Shown here piece after piece: positions 34,301 to 46,700 of a stretch of 64,000 bases of DNA (positions are counted from its first letter, which is position 1; each line of letters begins with the position of its first letter). The translations under genes were made by a program, and so were the position numbers. The notes below the pieces were generated by a model. It saw nothing but the letters and a program-made list of their open reading frames with translations. It had not been told where the DNA came from and ran no database searches. Location: NCBI GenBank assembly GCA_030390025.1, contig JASTWF010000350.1:310001-374000 (forward strand), read 5' to 3'. This stretch comes from Squalus acanthias. Its lineage: Eukaryota.

Positions 34301-37300
34301 CCACTCCCCTCCTTCCTGAAAGTGCTGACTCTCAGTGGGGTACAGTTACATGGGCCCCACTCCCCATTACCCCTGAAAGTGCTGACTCTCAGTGGGGTAC
34401 AGTTCCATGGGCCACACTCCCCATCTCTCCTGAAGGTGCTGACTCTCACTGGGGTACAGTTCAATGGGCCCGGCTACCCTCTTCTCCTAAAGGCGCTGAC
34501 TCTCACTGGGGTCCAGTTCCATGGGCCCCACTCCCCACCTCTCCTGAAGGTGCTGACTCTCACTGGGTTACAGTTCCATGGGTCCTGCTCCCCTCCTCTC
34601 CTGAAGGCGCTGACTCTCACTGGGGGACAGTTCCATGCGCCCCGCTCCCCTCCTCTCCTGAAGGTGCTGACTCTCACTGGGGGACAGTTCCATGGACCCA
34701 ACTCCCCTCCCCTCCTGAAGGTGCTGACTCTCACTGAGTTCAGTTTCATGGGGCCAATCCCTTCCTCTCCAAAAGGTGCTGACTCTCACTGGGGTACAGT
34801 TCCCTGGGCCCCACTCCCCTCCTCTCCTGAAGGTGCTGACTCTCACTGGGGTACAGTTACATGGGCCCCACTCTATTCCTGTCCTGAAGGTGCTGACTCT
34901 CACTGGGGTACAGATCCTTGGGCCCCACTCCCCATCTCTCCTGAAGGTGCTAACTCTCACTGGGGTACAGTTCCATGGGCGCCGCTACCCTCCTCTTCTA
35001 AAGGCGCTGACTCTCACTGGGGTGCAGGTCCATGGGCCCCACTCCCCTCCTCTCCTGAAGGTGCAGACTCTCACTGGGGTACAGTTACATGGGCCCCACT
35101 CCCCATCTCTCCTGAAGGTGCTGACTCTCACTGGGGTACAGTTCCGTGGTCCCACTCCCCATTACCCCTGAAGGTGCTGACTCTCACTGGGGTACAGTTC
35201 CATGGGCCACACTCCCCTCCTCTCCTGAAGGTGCTGACTCTCACTGGGGTACAGTTCCATGGGCCCCGCTCCCCTCCTCTCCTGAAGGTGCTGACTCTCA
35301 CTGGGGTACAGTTCCATGGACCCCACTCCCCTCCTCTCCTGAAGGTGCTGACTCTCACTGGGGTACAGTTCCATGGGCCCCGCTCCCCTCCTCTCCTGAA
35401 GGTGCTGACTCTCACTGGGGTACAGTTCCATGGACCCCACTCCCCTCCTCTCCTGAAGGTGCTGACTCTCACTGGGGTACAGTTCCATGGGCCCCACTCC
35501 CCTCCTCTCCTGAAGGTGCTGACTCTCACTGGGGTACAGTTCCATGGACCCCACTCCCCTCCTCTCCTGAAGGTGCTGACTCTCACTGGGGGACAGTTCC
35601 ATGCGCCCCGCTCCCCTCCTCTCCTGAAGGTGCTGACTCTCACTGGGGGACAGTTCCATGGACCCAACTCCCCTCCCCTCCTGAAGGTGCTGACTCTCAC
35701 TGAGTTCAGTTTCATGGGGCCAATCCCTTCCTCTCCTGAAGGTGCTGACTTTCACTGGGGTACAGTTCCCTGGGCCCCACTCCCCTCCTCTCCTGAAGGT
35801 GCTGACTCTGACTGGGGTACAGTTACATGGGCCCCACTCTACTCCTGTCCTGAAGGTGCTGACTCTCACTGGGGTACACTTCCGTGGCCCCACTACCCCT
35901 GAGTGTGCTGACTCTCACTGGGGGACAGTTCCATGGCCCCACTCCCCTCCTCTCCTGAAGGCGCTGACTCTCACTGGGGTACACTTCCGTGGCCCCACTA
36001 CCCCTGAGTGTGCTGACTCTCACTGGGGTACAGTTCCATGGACCCCACTCCCCATTACCCCTGAAAGTGCTGACTCTCACTGGGGTATAGTTCCATGGGC
36101 CCCACTCGCCATCTTTCCTGAAAGTTCTGATTCTCACTTGGTATGGTTTCATGGCCCTACTCCTCTCCCTTCCTGAAGGTGCTGACTCTCACTGGGGTAC
36201 AGTTCCATGGACCCCACTCCCCTCCTCTCCTGAAGGTGCTGACTCTCACTGGGGTACAGGTCCATGGACCCCACTCCCCTCCCCTCCTGAAGGTGCTGAC
36301 TCTCACTGGGGTACAGGTCCATGGACCCCACTCCCCTCCCCTCCTGAAGGTGCTAACTCTCATTGGGGTACAGTTCCATGGTCCAACTCTCCTCCTCTCC
36401 TGAAGGCGCTGACTCTCACTGGGGGACAGATCCATGGGCCCCGCTCTCCTCCTCTCCTGAAGTTGCTGTCTCTCAATGGCGGACAGTTCCATGGGCCCCT
36501 CTCCCCTCCTGTCCTGAAGGTGCTGAATCTGACTGGGGTACAGTTCCATGGGCCCCACACACCTCCTCTCCTGAAGGTGCTGATTCTCACTGGGGTACAG
36601 TTCCATGGCCCCTCTCCCCTCCTCTCCTGAAGGCGCTGACTCTCACTGGGGGACAGTTCCATGGGCTCCACTCCCCTCCTCTCCTGAAGGTGCTGACTCT
36701 CACTGGGGTACAGTTCCGTGGACCCCACTCCCAACCTCTCCTGAAGGTGCTGACTCTCACTGGGGTACAGTTCCATGGACCCGACTCCCCATCTCTCCTG
36801 AAGGTGCTAACTCTCATTGGGGTACAGTTCCATGGTCCAACTCTCCTCCTCTCCTGAAGGCGCTGTCTCTCAATGGCGGACAGTTCCATGGGCCCCTCTC
36901 CCCTCCTGTCCTGAAGGTGCTGACTCTGACTGGGGTACAGTTCCATGGGCCCCACACCCCTCCTCTCCTGAAGGTGCTGATTCTCACTGGGGTACAGTTC
37001 CATGGCCCCTCTCCCCTCCTCTCCTGAAGGCGCTGACTCTCACTGAGGGACAGTTCCATGGGCTCCATTCCCAACCTCTCCTGAAAGTGCTGACTCTCAC
37101 TGGGGTACAGTTCCATGGGCTCCACTCCACTCCTCTCCTGAAGGTGCTGACTCTCACTGAGGTACAGTTCCATGGGCCCCACTCCCCATCTCTTCTGAAG
37201 GTGCTGACTCTCACTGAGGGACAGTTCCATGGGCTCCACTCCCAACCTCTCCTGAAAGTGCTGACTCTCACTGGGGTACAGTTCCATGGGCTCCACTCCC

Positions 37301-38485
37301 CTCCTCTCCTGAAGGTACTGACTCTCACTGGGGGACAGTTCCATGGGCCCCACTCCTCTCCTTTCCTGAAGGTGCTGATTCTCACTGGGGTGCAGTTCCA
37401 TGGGCCCCACTCCCCTCCTCTCCTGAAGGTGCTGACTCTCACTGGGGTACAGTTCCATGGGCCCCACTCCCCTCCTCTCCTGAAGGTGCTGACTCTCACT
37501 GGGGTACAGTTCCATGGGCCCCACTCCCCTCCTCTCCTGAAGGTGCTGACTCTCACTGGGGTACAGTTCCATGGGCCACACTCACTTCCTCTCCTGAAGG
37601 TGCTGAATCTCACCGGTGTACAGTTCCATGGGCCCTACTCCCCATCTCTCCTGACGGAGCTGACTCTCACTGGGGGACAGTTCCGTGGGCCGCACTCCTC
37701 ACCTCTCCTGAAGGTGCTGACTCTCACTGGGGTACAGTTCCATGGGCCCCACTCAATACCTCTCCTGCAGGTTCTGACTCTCACTGGGGTACAGTTCCAT
37801 GGGCCCCACTCCCCACCTCTCCTGAAGGTGCTGACTCTCACTGGGGTACAGTTCCATGGGCCCCGTTCTCCTCCTCTCCTGAAGGTGCTGACTCTCACTG
37901 GGGTACAGTTGAATGGGGCCTGCTCCACTCCTCTCCTGAAGGCACTGACTCTCACTGGGGTACAGTTCCATTGACTCCACTCCCCTTCTCTCCTGAAGGT
38001 GCTGACTCTCTCTGGGTTACTGTTCCATTGGCCCCACTCCCCACCTCTCCTGAAGGTGCTGACTCTCTCTGGGGTACAGTTCCATGGGCCCCACTCCCCA
38101 CCTCTCCTGAAGGTGCTGACTCTCACTGGGGTACAGTTCCATGGGCCCCGTTCTCCTCCTCTCCTGAAGGTGCTGACTCTCACTGGGGTACAGTTGAATG
38201 GGGCCTGCTCCACTCCTCTCCTGAAGGCACTGACTCTCACTGGGGTACAGTTCCATTGACTCCACTCCCCTTCTCTCCTGAAGGTGCTGACTCTCACTGG
38301 GGTACAGTTCCAGGGGCCCCACTCCCCCGGTCTCCTGAAGGTGCTGACTCTCACTGGGGTACAGTTCCATGTGCCCCACTCCCCCGGTCTCCTGAAGGTG
38401 CTGACTCTCACTGGGGTACAGTTCCATGGGCCCCATTTCCCCTCCTCTCCTGAAGGTGCTGACTCTCACTGGAGTACAGTTCCAT
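31352..38485. repeat. 57-bp tandem repeat (GGTGCTGACTCTCACTGGGGTACAGTTCCATGGGCCCCACTCCCCTCCTCTCCTGAA), about 125 copies
   Basis: Period 57 (e.g. ggt at 35401 and 35458); 19-aa periodic translations. Confidence 0.97.
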
Positions 38486-38957
38486 TGTCTGGTCCTTGCT
38501 GATTACACCCTACCTAATGCTGGAGCACTGGGGCTTATTGTAGCACCCCTGATATTTTTTCAGCTGAGATCATTGAAGGTGGCATCGGCCAGGGTTCAAA
38601 CCCAGGACCATCAAACCAGAGACCCTATCACTTCTGGACAGCCTGTATGTCAGACCAGGGCTGAAGCAGGCTTGGCTGCGATGCCTCACGTGGCCTAATA
38701 GCCTGTTGAGACTCAGGGGAAGATTTTCACTGTTGCCGCGGGCAGTAAACTGATGGTTGCGGTTTGGCTGCTCATTATATATCCTACCCCGTGGTTTTCA
38801 GATCCGCCAGTTTAGAGCCTGGGCCGAAAGTGAAAATCAACCGCTCACTGTCTAGACTCCATATGGCGAAAGCCCATTTGGTGAGGTACTGGCGTTTTTA
38901 GAATCATACCCCAGTAAGCAGGCACAGGCAGAGAAAAAGACTTTTGAAAAGGGTATT

Positions 38958-39722
38958 GGCCCAGAAATTGGAGTTTGATGGTTGCCGCGGGGGTAAGGAT
39001 CCCCCGCGATATCGCACTCCGCGCCTACCTTTATGGTTTTGGCCCACACGAACTTCTGGTTCTGGGCCTCTCCCTGGTGCCGGCGCGCAGTGTGTGCGTG
39101 TCCCAGAGGCGCAGTTAATTCGATGCGACCTCTGGGATCACGTGGGCCAGTTAGAGCCAATGGCAGCACACCATCTTTCATTCATAGTTTTGACAGCAAG
39201 GGCTGTCAAAACTATGAATACAACAAGCCCCCAAAAGAACAGCTAAACCTCAATTAAATTTTAAAAAAAGCCATCACATTAATAAAATAACTATAGTTAA
39301 ATAAATTAACCACTTTAAACAAAAATTTAAATTTTTGAAAACATTTAAATTCTTTTTAAAAGTTATAAAAATAAACTTACCTTTCTTTAAAGTCTCTAAA
39401 AAAGATAAACCCGTTGAAAAAAATTTAAAATAATACTTAATTAACTACTTACCTTGTTAAAAGGGGGTCTTACGCCTGCTTTCTTTATGTGTAAAATCTT
39501 CAACACTTACCTGCGCGTTCAAACCTGAAAAAAAAACTAAGTGCGCTGCGTGCGCACAACCTGTAGCGCGCACGCGGTTCACTTAGGAACCGCCCCCTTC
39601 GCAATACCCGAAGTGCCGGTTTCCCGCGCATGCGCAGTGCATGCAGGAAACCGGCACTTCGGGACCTAATACGCGAGAGTACACCGTGCGTACTCTCCCG
39701 CATTAGGTCTAATTTTCGGGCC
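38958..39722 (-). mobile_element. Harbinger-type MITE, copy 2 (inverted relative to copy 1)
   Basis: Ends GGCCCAGAAATT / AATTTTCGGGCC; 3-bp TSD ATT (38955-38957 and 39723-39725); same hairpins and AT core as copy 1. Confidence 0.85.
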
Positions 39723-40175
39723 ATTAGCTTGTGCGCTAACCTCCTCTGCTCATGCCCACAACAAGGAGCCCTGGCAAGTATGATCTGCTGCTGCCATCTA
39801 TTGACTTGCTGTGTTACACAAACAACAGGACAAACACCATCAGCATTCACAGTCAGCTCTTCTACGGCATGCAGTTACCAACAAGCAATCCAGTTATTTA
39901 GCTCTGAGCCCAGTGGACACTTGCAAGATGCACAAAATTACCCATGGCCGCTTGTTAATGTCCGAGGACATCCGTGGTGTAACCTTGGCTACAGCACATC
40001 GCTCAATTCCTGTAGCCACTTTCCTGGGGCTAAAAGGACGAAAGTGGAACACCAGAAAATGATCAGCAGCAGTTGTGGAATATGTGCAGTGCTTCCTTGG
40101 AAAAAATGGTAACTTTTTTTAATAATTTCTGGGGATGTGGCCATCGCTGGCTCATCCTGAGCTTCCCTTGAGAAG

Positions 40176-40612
40176 GTGGGCCACATCGTCCGCATGCCCG
40201 ATACGAGACACCCAAAGCAAGCGCTCTACTCGGAGCTCCGACACGGCAAGAGAGCCCCAGGTGGGCAGAGGAAACGCTTCAAGGACACCCTCAAAGCCTG
40301 CTTGAAAAAGTGCAACATCCCCACCGACACCTGGGAATCCCTGACCCAAGACTGCACAAAGTGGAGGAGAAGCATCCGGGACGGCGCCGAATACCTCGAG
40401 TCTCTGCGCCGGGAGCAAGCGGAAGCCAAGCGCAAGCAGCGCAAGGAGCGCACATCAACCCGAGCACCCCACCCACCCGCCCCTTCAACCACCGTCTGCC
40501 CCACCTGTGACAGAGACTGTAGGTCCCACATTCGACTCATCAGTCACCTGAGAACTCATTTTTAATGTGGAAGCAAGTCATCCTCGGATCCGAGGGACTG
40601 CCTAAGAAGAAG
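40176..40612 (+). mobile_element. RTE LINE 3' fragment, same family as 1470-3331
   Basis: GHIVRMPDTR..GGQRKRFKD..CPTCDRDC..LISHLRTH (C2H2-like end); near-identical 3' UTR; AGAAGGT on both sides (possible TSD). Confidence 0.92.
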
Positions 40613-40734
40613 GTAGAAAATGCAAATTTAAGCTCAAAATCCCGTCCAAAATCTGCACTGAGGAGGAAGTTTGACACTGCAAACGAGTGAAATACAACAC
40701 TGAGCTGGTGCTAAATCAGGTCTCAATACATCCA

Positions 40735-43700
40735 GACACAGAGGATCCCGGGAGTGATAATACTCTGACACAGGGATCCCGGGAGTGATAATACTCTGAC
40801 ACAGGGATCCCGGGAGTGATAATACTCTGACACAGGGGATCATGGGACTGATAATACTCTGACACAGAGGATCCCGGGAGTGATAATACTCTGACACAGG
40901 GGATCCCGGGAGTGATAATACTCTGACACAGGGGATCACGGGAGTGATAATACTCTGACACAGGGGATCCCGGGAGTGATAATACTCTGACACAGAGGAT
41001 CCAGCGAGTGATAATACTCTGACACAGGGGATCCCGGGAGTGATAATACTCTGACACAGAGGATCATGGGAGTGATAATACTCTGACACAGAGGATCCCG
41101 CGAGTGATAATACTCTGACACAGGGGATCCCGGGAGTGATAATACTCTGACACAGGGGATCACGGGAGTGATAATACTCTGACACAGGGGATCCCAGGAG
41201 TGATAATACTCTGACACAGAGGATCATGGGAGTGATAATACTCTGACACAGAGGATCCCGGGAGTGATAATACTCTGACACAGGGGATCATGGGAGTGAT
41301 AATACTCTGAAAGAGGGGATCATGGGAGTGATAATACTCTGACACAGGGGATCATGGGAGTGATAATACTCTGAAACAGGGGATCATGGGAGTGATAATA
41401 CTCTGACACAGGGGATCCCAGGAGTGATAATACTCTGACACAGGGGATCCCAGGAGTGATAATACTCTGACACAGAGCATCATGGGAGTGATAATACTCT
41501 GACACAGAGGATCATGGGAGTGATAATACTCTGACACAGAGGATCCCGAGAGTGATAATACTCTGAAACAGGGGATCATGGGAGTGATAATACTCTGAAA
41601 CAGGGGATCATGGGAGTGATAATACTCTGAAACAGGGGATCATGGGAGTGATAATACTCTGACACAGGGGATCCCAGGAGTGATAATACTCTGACACAGG
41701 GGATCCCAGGAGTGATAATACTCTGACACAGAGCATCATGGGAGTGATAATACTCTGACACAGAGGATCCCGGGAGTGATAATACTCTGAACATGGGATC
41801 ATGGGAGAGATAATACTCTGACACAGGGGATCCCGGGAGTGATAATACTCTGACACAGGGGATCATGGGAGTGATAATACTCTGACACAGGGGATCCCGG
41901 GAGTGATAATACTCTGACACAGGGGATCCCGGGAGTGATAATACTCTGACACAGGGGATCACGGGAGTGATAATACTCTGACACAGGGGATCCCGGGAGT
42001 GATAATACTCTGACACAGAGGATCCCGGAGTGATAATACTCTGACACAGGGGATCCCGGGAGTGATAATACTCTGACACAGGGATCCCGGGAGTGATAAT
42101 ACTCTGACACAGAGGATCATGGGAGTGATAATACTCTGACACAGAGGATCCCGCGAGTGATAATACTCTGACACAGGGGATCCCGGGAGTGATAATACTC
42201 TGACACAGGGGATCACGGGAGTGATAATACTCTGACACAGGGGATCCAGGAGTGATAATACTCTGACACAGAGGATCATGGGAGTGATAATACTCTGACA
42301 CAGAGGATCCCGGGAGTGATAATACTCTGACACAGGGGATCATGGGAGTGATAATACTCTGACAAAGGGGATCATGGGAGTGATAATACTCTGACACAGG
42401 GGATCATGGGAGTGATAATACTCTGACACAGGGGATCATGGGAGTGATAATACTCTGACACAGGGATCCCAGGAGTGATAATACTCTGACACAGGGGATC
42501 CCGGGAGTGATAATACTCTGACACAGAGGATCATGGGAGTGATAATACTCTGACACAGAGGATCATGGGAGTGATAATACTCTGACACAGAGGATCCCGG
42601 GAGTGATAATACTCTGACACAGGGGATCATGGGAGTGATAATACTCTGACACAGGGGATCATGGGAGTGATAATACTCTGACACAGGGGATCATGGGAGT
42701 GATAATACTCTGACACAGGGGATCCCAGGAGTGATAATACTCTGACACAGGGGATCCAGGAGTGATAATACTCTGACACAGAGATCATGGGAGTGATAAT
42801 ACTCTGACACAGAGGATCCCGGGAGTGATAATACTCTGAAACATGGGATCATGGGAGAGATAATACTCTGACACAGGGGATCCCGGGAGTGATAATACTC
42901 TGACACAGGGGATCATGGGAGTGATAATACTCTGAAACAGGGGATCATGGGAGTGATAATACTCTGACACAGGGGATCATGGGAGTGATAATAATCTGAC
43001 ACAGATGATCCCGGGAGTGATAATACTCTGACACAGAGGATCATGGGAGTGATAATACTCTGACACAGAGGATCATGGGAGTGATAAAACTCTGACACAG
43101 GGGATCATGGGAGTGATAATACTCTGACTCAGAGCATCTCGGGAGTGATAAAACTCTGACACAGAGGATCATGGGAGTGATAATACTCTGACACAGGGGA
43201 TCATGGGAGTGATAATACTCTGACACAGAGCATCTCGGGAGTGATAAAACTCTGACACAGGGGATCCCAGGAGTGATAATACTCTGACACAGAGGATCCC
43301 GGGAGTGATAATACTCTGACACAGGGGATCATGGGAGGGCTAATACTCCGACACAGGGGATCATGTGAGTGATAATACTTTGTCGCAGGCGATCCCGTGA
43401 GTGATAATACTCTGACAAAGAGGATCCCGGGAGTGACATTACTCTGACACAGGGGATAATGGGAGTGATAATACACTGACACAAAGGATCATGGGAGTGA
43501 TAATACTCTGACACAGGGGATCATGGGAGTGATAATACTCTGACACAGAGGATCCCAGGAGTGATATTACTCTGACACAGGAGATCATGGTTGTGATAAT
43601 ACTTTGACACAGAGGATCCGGGGAGTGATAATACTTTGACACAGGGGATCCCGGGAGTGACCATACTCTGACACAGAGGATCCGGGGAGTGATAATAGTC

Positions 43701-46700
43701 TGACACAGAGGATCCAGGGAGTGACAATACTCTGACACAGAGGATCCGGGGAGTGATAATACTCTGACACAGAGGATCCCGGGAGTGATAATACTCTGAC
43801 ACAGAGGATCCGGGAGTGATAATACTCTGACACAGGGTATCCCGGGAGTGATAATACTCTGACACAGAGGATCCCGGGAGTGATAATACTCTGACACAGA
43901 GGATCCAGGGAGTGACAATACTCTGACACAGAGGATCCGGGAGTGATAATACTCTGACACAGAGGATCCCGGGAGTGATAATACTCTGATACAGTGGATC
44001 CCAGAAGTGATATTTCTCTGTCAAAGAGGATCCCGGGATTGATAATACTCTGACACTGGTGATCCCCGGAGTGATAATACTCTGACACAGAGGATCCCAG
44101 GAGTGATAATACTCTGACACAGGGGATCATGGGAGTGATAATACTCTGACACAGAGGATCCCAGGAGTTATAATACTCTGACACAGAGGTCATGGGAGTG
44201 ATAATACTCTGACACAGGGGATCATGGGAGTGATAATACTCTGACACAGAGGATCATGGGAGTGATAATACTCTGACACAGAGGATCATGGGAGTGATAA
44301 TAATCTGATACAGGGGATCATGGGAGTGATAATACTCTGACACAGAGGATCCCGGGAGTGATAATACTCTGGCACAGAGGTTCCGGGAGTGATAATACTC
44401 TGACACAGAGGATCCCGGGAGTGATAATACTCTGGCACAGAGGATCCGGGGAGTGATAATACTCTGACACAGAGGATCCCGGGAGTGATAATACTCTGAC
44501 ACAGTGGATCCCAGGAGTGATATTTCTCTGTCAAAGGGGATCCCGGGATTGATAATACTCTGACACAGGTGATCCCCGGAGTGATAATACTCTGACACAG
44601 AGGATCCCAGGAGTGATAATACTCTGACACAGGGGATCATGGGAGTGATAATACTCTGACACAGAGGATCCCAGGAGTTATAATACTCTGACACAGAGGT
44701 CATGGGAGTGATAATACTCTGACACAGGGGATCATGGGAGTGATAATACTCTGACACAGAGGATCATGGGAGTGATAATACTCTGACACAGGGGATCATG
44801 GGAGTGATAATACTCTGACACTGGGGATCATGGGAGTGATAATACTCTGACACAGAGGATCCTGGGAGTGATAATACTCTGACACAGAGGATCCATGGGA
44901 GTGATAATACTCTGACACAGAGGATCCCGGGAGTGATAATACTCTGACACAGAGGATCATGGGAGTGATAATACTCTGACACAGAGGATCATGGGAGTGA
45001 TAATACTCTGACACAGAGGATCCTGGGAGTGATAATACTCTGACACAGGGGATCATGGGAGTGATAATACTCTGACACAGGGATCCGGGAGTGATAATAC
45101 TCTGACACAGAGGATCATGGGAGTGATAATACTCTGACACAGGGGATCACGGGAGTGATAATACTCTGACACAGGGGATCCCGGGAGTGATAATACTCTG
45201 ACACAGAGGATCCCGGGAGTGATAATACTCTGACACAGGGATCCCGGGAGTGATAATACTCTGACACAGGGGATCCCGGGAGTGATAATACTCTGACACA
45301 GAGGATCATGGGAGTGATAATACTCTGACACAGAGGATCCCGCGAGTGATAATACTCTGACACAGGGGATCCCGGGAGTGATAATACTCTGACACAGGGG
45401 ATCACGGGAGTGATAATACTCTGACACAGGGATCCCAGGAGTGATAATACTCTGACACAGAGGATCATGGGAGTGATAATACTCTGACACAGAGGATCCC
45501 GGGAGTGATAATACTCTGAAACAGGGATCATGGGAGTGATAATACTCTGAAAGAGGGGATCATGGGAGTGATAATACTCTGACACAGGGGATCATGGGAG
45601 TGATAATACTCTGAAACAGGGGATCATGGGAGTGATAATACTCTGACACAGGGGATCCCAGGAGTGATAATACTCTGACACAGGGATCCCAGGAGTGATA
45701 ATACTCTGACACAGAGCATCATGGGAGTGATAATACTCTGACACAGAGGATCATGGGAGTGATAATACTCTGACACAGAGGATCCCGAGAGTGATAATAC
45801 TCTGAAACAGGGGATCATGGGAGTGATAATACTCTGAAACAGGGGATCATGGGAGTGATAATACTCTGAAACAGGGGATCATGGGAGTGATAATACTCTG
45901 ACACAGGGGATCCCAGGAGTGATAATACTCTGACACAGGGGATCCCAGGAGTGATAATACTCTGACACAGAGCATCATGGGAGTGATAATACTCTGACAC
46001 AGAGGATCCCGGGAGTGATAATACTCTGAAACATGGGATCATGGGAGAGATAATACTCTGACACAGGGGATCCCGGGAGTGATAATACTCTGACACAGGG
46101 GATCATGGGACTGATAATAATCTGACACAGGGGATCCCGGGAGTGATAATACTCTGACACAGGGGATCCCGGGAGTGATAATACTCTGACACAGGGGATC
46201 ACGGGAGTGATAATACTCTGACACAGGGGATCCCGGGAGTGATAATACTCTGACACAGAGGATCCCGCGAGTGATAATACTCTGACACAGGGGATCCCGG
46301 GAGTGATAATACTCTGACACAGGGGATCCCGGGAGTGATAATACTCTGACACAGAGGATCATGGGAGTGATAATACTCTGACACAGAGGATCCCGCGAGT
46401 GATAATACTCTGACACAGGGATCCCGGGAGTGATAATACTCTGACACAGGGGATCACGGGAGTGATAATACTCTGACACAGGGGATCCCAGGAGTGATAA
46501 TACTCTGACACAGAGGATCATGGGAGTGATAATACTCTGACACAGAGGATCCCGGGAGTGATAATACTCTGAAACAGGGGATCATGGGAGTGATAATACT
46601 CTGAAAGAGGGGATCATGGGAGTGATAATACTCTGACACAGGGGATCATGGGAGTGATAATACTCTGAAACAGGGGATCATGGGAGTGATAATACTCTGA

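Noticed and set aside
31275..38502. Long ORFs (up to 554 aa) resembling proline-rich or mucin-like proteins
   Set aside because: A consequence of a 57-bp unit divisible by 3; frames swap at indels, which shows no coding constraint.
12497..39722. Two inverted MITEs as the ends of a composite transposon carrying glul
   Set aside because: Each copy has its own TIR pair and target site and the copies are diverged, so independent insertions are more parsimonious.
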